From positions 124,001 through 188,000 of the forward strand of contig JYFJ02000166.1 in assembly GCA_000934665.2 (NCBI GenBank): a stretch of 64,000 nt of DNA, read 5' to 3'. Shown here piece by piece: positions 48,901 through 62,200 of this stretch (positions are counted from its first letter, which is position 1; each line of letters starts with the position of its first letter). The position numbers and the translations under genes were made by a program. The notes below the pieces were generated by a model, which saw nothing but the letters and a program-made list of their open reading frames with translations, ran no database searches and had not been told where the DNA came from. This stretch comes from Catajapyx aquilonaris. Taxonomy: Eukaryota.

Positions 48901-51900
48901 GCAAACGCAACACGAGCAACGTGATGTACACTGTACGTGTGTTTGGCTAATGTCACGTCGAAGTACTTACCAGATTGTACCCAATCCTCTGGTAATAATA
49001 CTTTGCATAGTCATCCAGCCAGACCTCGGCAAGCCGGACCGAATTCCTCTTCAGCACGTTGACTCCGGACCGCCACTTGTAGGGAGACCTTCTCCTGAAG
49101 ATGTGTCCCACGTGGGAACAAGGGATTATCTCCAAAGTACCTCCGCACATCCACGTCTGAAACAAACGGACGCTACGTGTAAAGCCAAGTCCAAGATAGA
49201 CGCGGATTTGATCTCAAAAACTGAGAGAGTCACCTTGAAGGAAATCTCCAGGTTCTCCCCTCCCCAGATGTCAAACCCATTGTCGTATGAGCCAAGCGTC
49301 TCGAAGAATTCCCTGTCGATGCTGAACAGTCCTCCAGCCATGGTCGGACTGTAGACAGGTTCGGCAGTGTGCTCATGGCGTTTCTTCTCACGGTCCGGTA
49401 CAGCGTGCCAGTTGAACTGGAATAAAAACAGTTGGAGGACATTACGTGCCTGGGAGTCATATCAGTTTCCATCCTACAACACAAACGAGCCTGGCCAAAA
49501 GGCAAAAGGCAACCGTTTGAATCAGCGGTCGTTGAGAGTGTGCACTTGTGTGCTGTTGAATAGAGAGAGCTCTCTTTAGCAATGAGGTGGAGCCGTGTAG
49601 AGGCGGAAAGTGGAACTCCCTGGGAAATAGTCAACATCCATTGCAGAGCTCGAGGACAGATCAAAAAAGCTGCTGCTGCACAAAAGTGGTTACACGGAAA
49701 AAGGATACGGACTTTACCAATTGCTGCACAAACTATATACTCTCGTCTATTTTTCAAAAAAAACAAAACAAAGAGAGTGTATTGTAGCATTTGAATACTC
49801 ACCTGCAGATTCCAATCGAATCCGCCGACGTTGACTCCTCCCGAGTCTCGCCAGTGAAATTCAAACGAATTGTCGTTGATGACATCAATGACAGGACACA
49901 CCACAGTTGTACGGTTTCGAGCTATCCGATCCAGCAGGGGTTCCAACCAGCCTGCAAAAAAAGCCAGAATAGTGCTACGATCATTTCCAAAATTCATTCG
50001 CGGTACATAAAAAAACGTCCCTCTAATTAATTAATTACTATAATTGGATTGGACCACCACACTCGTAAAAAAAGCACGATTCATGTCGCTAGCACTGTAT
50101 ATAGTCCAGCAGAAAATTAATGGCACTGCCTCACGCAGGACTCTGCTGGTCACCACTTCTTGCATTATGGAATCCTGCCCTGCCCTTATGCTGTACACCG
50201 ATTTTTTGGGGGGCAGAGTATGTGGAATATACACGCAGACTGGATGCAAAATTGAATTGGGAAAGTCCGATGGTGAGTACCGAGCCGGGGGTGTTTTTTT
50301 AGACACCAAAATAAATTAGCGGTGGCAAGAGGCTTTTGCCGGAGACTGATAAGGCGGAGACATTTGTTTGCAGGGCTAGAACTGCTCGTGTGTCCCGCTC
50401 TCGGTTTGTACGACGGAGTAAAATGAGATTGGGATTTATGTCTAGGTACTTCAGGGACCTGCGATTAAATCTTTCTCCCCGTTCAAATACGGCGTGTGAG
50501 GCCACACCTCAACGTCCTAATCCGAGCTAGAAAACACGGTTTTTACAATTTGTCATGTTGGTAAAAAAAAAACTCTCAATCCACCCGCACCCTGTATAGG
50601 TACAGTAAAAATTTGCGTGAAAATTTCATGCAAAAACTTTGCTCTTTTTGAGTGAAGTTACTTTATTCGTAACTCAAATCGAGTGGAAAATTACTCGAAA
50701 GAAGAGTGAGAATGAGTGGAAGACTACTCGTTCAAGCCAGTGAAACCCATTTCACTCAAATTGAGTGTTTTTTTTCGCTCGAATTGAGCCGAAAATCCAC
50801 TCAACTTGAGGGAAATGATCGCTTACTTTGAGTGACAATATTTCACTCAGGTGATCGAGTGATTCCCATTCAAAAATAGTCAAATCAAGTAGGAGAAAAT
50901 AGTGAAAATCACTCAAATCGAGTGGAAAAACACTCAACAACTTTTAGAGTGATATAATAAATGTCGGCTGGTTGCAGGCGAATAAAACCGGTTGCCAATA
51001 ACTGCCCTGGCACTGGTTTCGCCAAAATTGCAAATTCGGTATTTATGAACAAACCCCGGGTGCTAACACTACAGAATCGCTGCCCCCCCTCTGGCAATTA
51101 ATAACCACCCCCCACACAAAACACAATCACTAAATATGACCAGTAAAAGAGCTGACATAATGGCGCAAATTGGGGATTATCTAAACCTTTTATTAACTTC
51201 ACACTCTGTCGGTTTCCACGCCATGCATTTCAGCATGTGTGCCTTGCATTTCGACACCTCTTTTTTTCCCCTGCTGCTTTTATTATTATTATTTTAAAAA
51301 AAGCCGATGTTACAAGCACACTTACCCGGAGAGCACTCGCAATGAGAGTCCAGGTATGTCAGGACATCTCCGGTTGCTTTTGCAGCCCCGACCAACCTGG
51401 CCCGGATAAGCCCTTCTCTCTTATCAGTCCGGGCTATCTTCACTTTTGGATACTGCTTCACGTAATCCTCCAGCTCCGTCTTCAGGTGGGCTGCAATCAC
51501 ACAAATTATGACATGTACACACAAATGTTTATTTACACAGCAGGGACAGGGGGGGTTTGTTTGCACCGCAGTGGACTTGGACGTGATTTGCATTGTGCAG
51601 CATCAACCGCAGGGAGGGTTGCATCGGTGTTCGGGTCGATATGTCCATAATACAGCAATTACCAGATTCAGTCTAGCTGCAGTGATGATGGCCTCAAACA
51701 TGCTGTTCGACATATTAAAACGGGGCGAGACTAAAACTTTTGGCTTATTGGCTCATCTTGTCTGCAAACAATGCAAAAAAAATGTCTTATTTGGAGACGA
51801 CCTAGTGCGAAAATTTCACTTGTAACTTGGACAGTAAACTACTAAAAAAAGGAGGACCTCAGTGTGATTTGAAGACACGATAACTTGTGCTGACCTGTGA

Positions 51901-53280
51901 GTCTCACGAGTCACGTTTAAGCGGTCTGTTTTTTTTCTAAGAAACGAATAAAACCCCCTTTGCTTTTCTGTGGACCTAAAAGACCTGATTGACGTTTTCT
52001 GGCGCAGTAAACGCCCCCAAATCACGGCTATTCGGTGCCACTTTCACACTTCATGGGTTGTAAACAGAAATACCCGGGGCCTAAGTAGCTTCGCTTTTGT
52101 GTCCCCGATATAAGTACAAAAACGATAAGTATGCATCAAAATTCGTGGAACCTTAAAAGGGTCATCACCAGGGCTTTACACTGAGTAATTGGAGGACGGT
52201 TACATGTAAAGTGGCTCGGGTGTAATTTACTTCAAGTCGACCAGCGGTTGTGCAAAAATAGGCTTGAACATGGAGAATTTTAATAATGAAAGAAGTTGCA
52301 AACCGCTAACTTTCTTGTGGAATCTAATTCTGCAAAATGGTATAACTTCCAAGGATTTCAGGAGCGCTGAACTCGCCCAAAATAGCTCAAGATTATGCGA
52401 AACATACTGTAGCAAATAGCTGCATACAGTACCTTACATCACATATACAAATTTACGGCTGTACTGTTCATACTATATAAACAGCAGGCTGCAATTGCAT
52501 AGTTTGCATATTGCACATGCACAATGTGCACATTACATGTTGTTATGAATTTCACATATTCCAATCCCGCACCTGATTGTACGCTGCACCGAAACAACGG
52601 CCAAAATAAACCCCTATCCGAATTGAACGAGGAAAAAAACAAGATTATATCAACTCGGTTGGAAAGCGACAAAGCGAATATCCGGATTTAATTGACAAAA
52701 ACAGGTACCCACCAGCAGCAGTGGGTGCCTCATAACCTGGGGTCCATTTAACCCAACTAATTCAGCGGATCGGCGCCATCGCAACTAACGCAACGAGGCG
52801 TTTTGATCCAGTTTACTTTTTTTTTTAACGACCATGCATCATCATCATAGCAACGTTGACCTAACAATGCTGTAGGCAGGACATATGATTACACCAAAGT
52901 CCTGCTGAAGTGGCTGAGCTTATTAAACATTATGGTGTCCTTCGACAAGCTCATTTCCTGGACCCATCTGGTCCAAATTGGATCGCTCGGAGTACAAGAA
53001 AAGCATTGCTAGGCAACCCTTCGGACTGTTATACATACAGTCTCGCTCCATCAGGTCAATACCTTGCACTGCACACTGTAGTAGGTACTCAAAATCCTTA
53101 TTAAACTTACGCATGTCTGAGAAGTCGTCGACCAATATAATTTCTTTGAGCGCTTGTTCAGGGGATCGTTCCAGCACGGAATGGACGGTCCTCAGTAACG
53201 TTGACCAGGCTTCGTTGTGAAAGCAGATGATGACCGAGGTGGTGGGCAGCTTCTCGTGGTAACGACCTGGCTTTTTGCAC
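45907..53280 (-). CDS. pgant9: Polypeptide N-acetylgalactosaminyltransferase, pgant9-like (5'-partial); exons 53280-53111, 51490-51326, 49951-49803, 49416-49234, 49156-48971, 48898-48770, [47641-47531 OR 47365-47264], 46276-46145, 46056-45907
   Basis: GT27 motifs [27 protein letters not shown] (DxH), [27 protein letters not shown], plus a ricin-B lectin. [17 protein letters not shown] and [12 protein letters not shown] are characteristic of Drosophila PGANT9. Phases consistent. TM/stem exons not seen in the window. Confidence 0.93.
47264..47365 (-). CDS. pgant9: pgant9 lectin alpha-repeat exon B ([34 protein letters not shown])
   Basis: tttgtttag|...CAG|gtgagt; 102 nt, phase 0-0. Absent from the ORF track. 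Confidence 0.88.
47531..47641 (-). CDS. pgant9: pgant9 lectin alpha-repeat exon A ([37 protein letters not shown])
   Basis: tgtgtag|...CAG|gttggt; 111 nt, phase 0-0. Confidence 0.9.
50601..50951. repeat. Array of CACTC/GAGTG motifs (e.g. cactcaaatcgagtg); probable degenerate non-autonomous DNA transposon in a pgant9 intron
   Basis: Many short inverted copies; right end reads CACTCTAAAA on the minus strand; left terminus unclear. Confidence 0.5.
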
Positions 53281-56200
53281 CTGGAAAACAAAACCCAAAA
53301 AAATAGTGTTATTATAAAACGGCCAGGAGCGTAATTTTCCACACTGGCACAATGAGATAGTGTTCTGTAAAAATTGGACCACATAATTCATGGATGAGTA
53401 GCACACGAGAGCAAACACTGGGGGGCCACCCCCTTGTTGTGAATGGCTCCGGTCATATTGAAAACATAGCAGCTTGTTATGCTGAGTTGTACCATACACG
53501 GGAGGGCGCATGTGATTATAAGTGCAGATTCATTAGCGGATTGTTTATCGTCCAAAATGGGCCTCTTTTGGGCCCGGAAATAACTCTACAGGTTTCAAGG
53601 AGCTAAGTGCGGTACAACGCCAAGTACTGTACTCCATGCACTTCACCACCTGCTGACTCATACAATATTCTGTCTAAATGCGTGTGATTTTTTTTGGTCA
53701 CTTATATGAATATGCATTTTGCATTATTTTCGTTCATTGTGTTCAACCGGAAGCTACAAACATTTTGGAGTGTAACAAGTGGTCAGAATCGGCCTGTACA
53801 GTAAGGTGGTTTTGCGTCTTTCCAAGTCGACCCCATCTCTTAGAGAGCAGATGACGGAATCTGACAGCTAATTTCCAAGCTGTTCCTCGTCCTTCCTCTG
53901 GCTGCACTTGCTCCGGGTATTCTTCTCTCTTGGTCCCAGTGGCCCCGGCCTCATCTTGCTGCCTCTGACCTCGCTCCCCATCTCTCTCCAACATCGCCCC
54001 TCTTTGCTTAAAACTAGAAGGTCGAGTGCAGCTTCCGAAACATGGATCTCGGAGGAACATGGCCATCACAGCTGCTCCGATAAGCAGGGCCTTCCCCACC
54101 ATTATCCTCCTCAGCACTTGCTATACAGCCCCCTTCTCCTCTCTCATCCTCCTTGCCAGCCTCTGCCCCGTTTTCACTTCGGCGCTAGTTAAGATAAGAA
54201 GACCTCTCGCACAACCCCCAAAACCTCCCCACCTTTATAGTCGGGAACTAATTTGCGGAGATTGCTCCTCTCCGAATGTCCAAATTCAGGCTTTCCCCAT
54301 TTCCCCTCCTCATATCTCTTTTTTTTTCTTCAATTCGCAATTCCTTTCTCAGGCAGATTTTCCGAGCAGATTTTTTGCCTGCTAATAAAATTCAGATGAA
54401 CCACCCTGTAGCCGTTTCTTCCACGCGCAAAAAAAAACCCGCCTCCAACACAATTGTCTGAAGACGTCATATAATCCTAATCCCTCTCTAGGTTCTCTAT
54501 CTCCAGCAGCAGCACTAAACCTCCAGCGCATCATAATCTTCATTCCCATCCCGAGCAAAGCAGCAGCCGTTCCCTCTCTTTTCTGAGAGGTGATAATGAA
54601 CTCCATTACAAGAACTTGATATGGTGGGCACGTCCTTCATTTCATCTCCGCGCATCAATGCTCCAGCTCAGCTCATTCTTGCGGATGATGAACTGGCATG
54701 GCTCTCTGTGCCGCAGCTGCCCACACAGGGTGGTTCAAGAAATATTCGCATTGTTGGGGATCACCCTGTAGTGGCCGAGCATAAAATGGCTGCAGACACA
54801 TGAATCCGGATTTCGTCCATCAGTTGGTTCCAATCAAGGAGAGCCCATGCTCCCAGGAGAATCATGGTCGGATGGGCTCGATCTAACGGCTGCTGATGCT
54901 GCCTCGACGAAACGTGTGCCTGTCTGTCTGTCAGGCCATCTTCATGGCTCGCTGGAGTGCACAAATGTAGTTTGCATCAAATTGGTCAGTGAATAATGGC
55001 TAATTATTTCACGTCTCGCCGGATCTCTCCGGGTGTCACGTCAATGGGAGATATTTTGTCCCGGGTTCCCAGTCAGCCCGGATTTTGTGTGTGTGTGTGC
55101 AAGTAATAGCTGTTTAGTTTTTTTCCCCCCCTTGCATCGTCCTCGCTTGATGGTTGACAAGCTGGAGCGAGAGGTAATTCAGGCTGGGATGCTGTATTGG
55201 AGCAGAAAAGTACGGCTATTCTGCACTGCAAGCTGATAAACCGCATTTCGCTGAAAGGAACAGCGATATACACTGAGCGTCTGCACTTACATTCTGGACG
55301 GAAACACTCAAAATATATTGGGTAGAAATTTAACTCCAAGTATATGATTGATCCAGCAATTGCTCGAGAACCTTTTTCATACGCTGCTTGCACTTTACCT
55401 CGGGTGTTTTGTTAGCAGGTATGATTCCCCCGAGTCAACACACTAAAAATCTCATTAGTCCGTAATCTGCCTGGAAAAGTGGTCTGCTGTACTTTTTCTG
55501 CCTTAATTTCCCTTCCCTGGCCTACAAAAAAAAGAAGCACGCTTGTTTCCTACGCATAAAAAAAAAGTGCTCAAGAATCCGCTGAGCGTAAGATTCCTCC
55601 ACCTGCACTGATTTCTCTCAAGTGGCCTTTTTCCGACTCTGCTTTTGGGGAGAGAGAAGGTTTGCCAGTTACCAAAAATCCTTAGCCAAGCATCTGGAAG
55701 GAAAGGAACCAAGCTTCCCTGAAATTCAGTTCAACTTTTTTTCTTCTTCTTCCTTACCACCCCAACCCCTATTCCACACTGATGGGCTGAGCTGGTTGCC
55801 AATTTCGGCGGAATAGAAGTTTGCTCTACACTGTCCGCATAATAGAATATTTACACCCACTTTCGCACTGCACAAAAATGCAGACTACTGGAGTGTGTGT
55901 TGGGTTGCAGCTCTCTCAGGATGAAACAGATTTCGCGTGAACTTGAGGCTACTTGCTGCAAAGGCATGCCGATGTGGGTTAATCAGTGGTGTCGGAGGAA
56001 TTTCCTCCAAAGAGAAGGAGGGTGGTAAGTACAAGGGAGAGACGGAAAAGGGGGCTTTTGCCCTCCCCATCCCACTCCTCCTCCTCCTAAAGGCAAAGGA
56101 TTTGGAGAGGAGCCAGGGAATTGCAGCAGTTGTGCTGGGCTGCGAAAAGCGAGAAACTGCTTTAGTTGCCGCCTCTTCCTTCCACACTCTTCCTTCCATT

Positions 56201-59200
56201 TCCCCAGCCAATTGCAAATTGATGAGCCAAACGGCTGCTGGCATATTTCTCATTAATTTTGGATCTGCTCTGAAAAAGGAAAGCGATGTTTCGCAGCCGG
56301 GCGTCGCGCTGATTTGACAGATGATTGCCCGATTTTCAAAAAAATATACGGAGGAAGATTTTTCCATCAGATCTCAACAAGTCTGCCAAATGTGTCCACA
56401 TGCGACAGAGTTCATGAACATGTTTGGGTGTCCATTACAGCACCCTTTTTGGCCCCCCCCCCCCTGGGCTGAGTAAGAAGTGCTTCTCCAGCAGAGTTGT
56501 GGCGCTAGTAACGATCTCCATTACCGAGGCGACGTCGTACAATAGCCCTAATTACACGCGACAGAGCAGTAAAGGTTATCTGCGTTGGAGGGAAGAAATA
56601 TCATCTCCTAACTGCGATATAAAGGCCTCCAATCCCGACCTTTTATGAGAGGAGGTAATTGTATCGGGCAAGAGGACGCCCTGCCCGGAAGATAACCGCC
56701 TCCGAATGTCATGTCTGGGGTCCTCTTACACCTTTCCACTCATTATCTACAGAGCCACAATCTTCTGTTTTACGTTGGGCAGGATCACACTTGCACCTAA
56801 TATTTCAAACCAAAGCCAGATTTTCTTTTGCAGCATGCTGTGGTGTGCTAATAAGCTGGAGCGTGACTTGGCAGTCCTGAGCAGAACATACTGCGAATAG
56901 AAGAAGAGTCAGATGAGGCTTCTCGGCGCGTTCGATTAGACTGGCTCTTCTCCCACGCGCGCCGTTGGATTGCCTAATGGAATAATCCCCCCAAATCCAC
57001 TCGGAAATGGCCGCTGTCTTTTCTTCTTCGCCAGCTTTTCCTACTGCTGCAGGCCCAAATCTTTCCCAACCCAATTACCCCGCCGCCTTCCTTTTTCCTT
57101 CCTCTTCCTTCCAACTTATCCGGCAGTACACGCCTGCTGCAGGCTCTAGCCGCACGCCTTTTCCTTGCACCCCACTACCCCTTGATTCAAAACCCTTTCC
57201 ACCCCAAAAACAGCAAAGCAGCCCTGGGAGGAATCCTGATTTCATCTTCTCCGCCGCATGGACTACGGTCCTTCTGGGACGAATCTCGGAGAAACGCGCT
57301 CTTTTAGATACCCTGCTAACACTCGCTGTTTTTTTTTTGTTCGCAACCTGTCTTGCCTGCAAAGTATCCGTCGCTTTCGCAACACGGTGTACCTAGTATA
57401 AAATCACGACAGATGTACATAGTTTTTGAGGAGAAAACAGGGGTAATCAGAGCTCAAAAGGGGGACGAAATTTGCACCCTTGATTTCCATGACAAAGGAA
57501 GCACCTAGGGCCCTAATGTCGCTTATATTCTACCAGACCTCCAAGCTAAACAAAAGGCTTGCAAGGAAAAGCAAGTAGAAAAGAAATCACACGCCCACTT
57601 GGCTTAGTCTTCTTTCTCCCGACAAATTAGGCCTCGATTCTTTCAGACGAACCTATTATGCGGCAGGGCCTCCCCACCGAACTTTCTGTGAATGAGAGCC
57701 TCATTTCCAGAGCCACTAAGCCGTAAATTCACTTCCAGAGAATAAACCACCACCAGCTACCCACCACCAGAGAGCGCGTAAAATCATATCTTCATACCAC
57801 GCATGAGCAATTTACCTCGTTAAATTATATTAGCTTCAGGGAGGGAGCCGGGACATTCGAATAACAAATCGTTTTATCCTTGCTGTACATCACACAACAT
57901 CTCTGCCGAATAAGGAAGAAAACAGCTTACAAAAAGCAAATGCGTGTGCCGACCGTGGGAATAATTAGCTTTGACGCGTATGATAGAGAGCCCAAAAAAA
58001 AGAGAGGCCTTTTGACATTCAACGCACTCGATCGATCAAAGGCAGCAATTTAATGAACTTGTCGTCATTTTCAGCCTGCATTTTTTTTTTAAATCTATAG
58101 TTTCCGAACGGTTGACTGGTTACAGAGCAGACAACGCCATTTCATCAGACTCTCTTCTTTTCCGCCTCTTCGAACACACCAAGGCAAACTTTTCCACCTT
58201 GAGGGTACGCTTGTTAAAAAAAAAAAGTCCGGACACATCATAAGCACTGTAGTTCCTTTGAAGCTCAATTTTATCTCGGCAATTCCCGTCTCTGAGAATC
58301 ATGCAATTACATTATCTCGATTGGAATATTTACTCGTCTCCAGCAGAACATTTTCTGTCTTATTAATCCCAGTAAACTACAGTGTGTGCCATCAGTACTT
58401 TCCTTTTAGCATCACAAAACACAGCACCTAATGAATTTTCCTTCCCCCAAAAAATAACTAATGCGGGGCAAACTTGGCAGCATTTGCGCTTCTTCTTATT
58501 CTCCTGAAGGAAATGGTCAGCATGGAGCATGGTAAGCAGCTATGGGTTTGGCCCTAATCGATAGGCTTTTCAACACGGGGCACGTAAGGCAGGGGCACGA
58601 ATGTGGGTTACAGTGATGGAGGGTGTAAAGAATGCCGGCTGGGTGCGGAGCACTTATTGAGTACATAGAGGGATAGGCTTGTGAGAGACAAAAGGGGGCT
58701 TGGGAAGTCTGGAAGGCCGAGTAATTAAGGGAGAAGCTCCTTCCTCTAAAAAAAATGACTGGCCTCTCTCTCAAAAAAAAAAAAAGTGTTGGAAAGGGGC
58801 GTTGTCCTAGGCAGCTGCCACAAGAGCGTGAAACCACAGAGTAAAGGCCCATTAGGGGACCACCCGGATTCTGTATCTGGACCAGTAACTACCGCAGGGG
58901 GCTTCAGGGATGCCTCCAGCAGCAGCCGGATAGAAAGAGGAGCCAGAGCAGAGAGAGGAGCAGAGATTTCCCAAATGGAGCCCATTTGATTTCCATTCAC
59001 GCACTAACGTCAGATGTTCTTCCTCGCATTAAACCAGGGCTTTACATCGTTACAAGGCTGGAAAAAAGGGGGGGCATGTACTGGCAAGGGTCTTTTGAGG
59101 TTAATCACTGACAAGTCCGGTGGGTTCACTAAGTGTTGCCTCTGGAGGTCTCAGGGTGGTGTTCAGTTACTAACGACGACTTTTCTCGTACGGTATTAAC

Positions 59201-62200
59201 GCTAAGAAAACTGATGTCACACAGAAAATTTGGTTGCATATGAATTATTAGAGTCGCACATCAGCAGTGATTAAACCTCCCGTGAGTCGTGCTCTACCAT
59301 AAGGCTAGTTTTAAAAAAATCCCCAAACTGACGGCAGCATGTTGGAAGCGAGTAGCAGCAAAAATAAATATCTCACCTCATCTGAAAAACCGAATGGAGT
59401 AACTGGCAATTACTGTCACAAGCTTTTTTGATGGCGGCTCTGTGATCAGTTAGAACGCCATGGGTATAGGCCAGCGTTGATGGTCGAATAAAGTTGTGCG
59501 AATGGCGGCGTGCTTTATTCCAGGCCATGTCTTTCATACTAATGAGAGCAGTCAAAGTTCAAATACCGGGGGGGCCCGAGGGGTAATTTTCACTCCACAC
59601 TGGAGACCCCCGCGCCTTATTTGGTCTTGACATCAAAGTGTCCCTTTATGTTCTGCTAAAAGCCCTGCTAACTCTAATCCGCTGGTGCGTATTTATGCGG
59701 TCACGTGCTTGGGGTACCCAAGTTTCAAAATAATTGCGTACCTGGGATCCGACAGACGAAAAACAGCTTACGCAGCATAATCCCACACATGAATCCCTCG
59801 GAAGCGATTTCAAAGGCCTGCTGCATCACGCAAAAGCGTCGCAAATAATTAACAAAATTCCGTCTTCCATTTTATTTCAAAAAAAAATCAGCAATCTCTC
59901 TGTCTCTTCACTCTAACAAGTAAACAGCACTAATATTTTATTTTCGGTCTTTACTGTACTTGTTGGTGCAACAATTCGTCAATTTCAGTTGATTTTGTCA
60001 GTTGAGAGCAAAACAATGGGCAGTACTTCAAGTGTTCATAAGATAAAATTTAACAGAAAAACCTTTTAAAAATCTACCTGTAATCAGCTTGGCCCACGCA
60101 ACAGCCTTTATCTTTTCCCAATCGGCCCACCTTGTGCTTTATCATCAGGACAAGGCAACACGAGATTCGCCTTCTTAGCGGAGCAAAATTGATTGCAGCT
60201 TATTAAGCATCTAATTACATCATTACACGAGTAATGCAGGGTGATGAATGAGGTCAATAACTAGCAGTGTTTACCAGCTCGACTGGCGTGGTTATTAATA
60301 TGGAAGGGTCATAAGTGAACCGTTTTTTAAAATTATTAATCAGCACGAGAATTACCCGCACGTATCGTCAATTGCCCGATTTACCACCAACTTTAAAAAA
60401 CACACACACACATACGCATCGCTGTCAACAATCTATCGGGCCATCGTTTTAGCCACTCGTGGCTCAAATGTTGCGTCGGTTAGAAGATTAATCCGCTGAT
60501 TAAACCTTGCATTTGCTTTACCACCGCACATGGAGCACTGAACCAGTGTATGCCCAGAGGCAAAACGCTTGCCTAATCTAATATGAATGGCATGTGTGCA
60601 TCCCATATCCCGCGGCTACCAATCAATCATGCTGCACCCCATCCTGAAAACTACAAGCCGATAGTAATTTTTGGCGGTGGTGCTGTGTGGGGGGGAGGAT
60701 TATTTGTCATTAGATGCTGCGTTCGATCACCTTCACACAACCCGTGTCTGTAAACACGGATTAAGCCCAAACCCGTATCGCGAAACCTGCACTCAACACA
60801 TCCACAGCAAAAAAAAAAACAAAAACATATCGCATTTTCTAAATGAACTGGGGGAAACCAGCAGGATGGTCGTAAATATTCCCGAGAGAACATGGGCCTC
60901 GAATAAAGCAGCAATTATGACGAAATAAAACCCGTTACTAATACCGAGCACTGCGCTCCGGTTCGTAAAACCGGGTAAATATAAAGCAGTGCATAAGTTT
61001 TGTCGCATCGGTACATCTTTAATTCCGGATTTACACTGGTGGCGGAAGGCGCGATTAAAACAGATTTTTGCCTCGGAAAAAGAATGTCTGCACTCTGATC
61101 AATATCTCCTTCCAATGAAGCAATAATTTGCCTCGAGAAAGAAAAAGAAACTTAATTAATGCTCCCCAATTTTTCCTTAATTCCTTCTCTCCCAACGAGC
61201 TCCATAAGTCTAAGTCAATATGAAAAATGGGTCTGAATCGTCCACTTGCAAGGAATTATACTCCAAACATAATTGGTGGCACTACCTTCTTTCTTTTTTT
61301 TTCGTATATTCGATGCACTCAGACAGTATCGACAAAAATGGGAAAAGAAGAGGAAGAAAAAGTCATCCGTTCAATTTATGAAGTTGCAAGGTAACATTTC
61401 AGGAAAAAGAGAGGCTTTCCAATGAACGATCCCTCCCATTCCACTCGTTTCGTATGCATGAGGCCCAACTGACAAGCCTGCTTGCTACCCAAGCGTTGCA
61501 GCAGCACCGAGAGGAAGAGGCAAAAGACCAACTCCCTAGAAAGAGAGAGATATATACCTTGTGATCCACTTAGACCCCTTTTTCCAGGACTGCACGCTCG
61601 AATGGTCCATGCAAATGAATCCCGCGACGTCTTTCCAAATCCCGATCCTTCATATAAAACTTGTATGAACGCTCCAGCCATCATTGCGGTTGGCTTTCCT
61701 TCCTCTTTTTTTCTTTTTTCATTTTGGAGGTGCTGGATAGAATACCTCGGCAAGTATTGAGTTCCATTCAGATCACTACCCGGATCATTCTTGGGATGTC
61801 TGCATTGCTAGTGCTTTGCATAAAGCTGCACGATTCGGCATTGTTTCACTCTTGATAATATGTAGAATTGGCTAGGAGACTTTGTCCAAACGTGTTGACT
61901 CATCACCTACGTGCCATTAGTACCCACTTTCTCCGTGGAGTGGCAGCAGTGTGCAGGGAGGGAAGATGCGCGCCATCTAGTTGTGGCATATCATTTGACT
62001 GCTAGTGTCCTGCTCATTTTCGCGGTCTTTAATCTGCTGATGGGAGTGAACAGTACGACTCCAGCCTTTCAAGCAGTTTTTCCGCCTCCAGAAATGATTT
62101 TGACCCCGACCATTGTGCGCACACAACCTGCTGCGAGATATGTCAAACGGGTCCGGCTCCTTTTATCCCGGTCGCGGATAGAAGAAGGTTAAGAAAAAAG

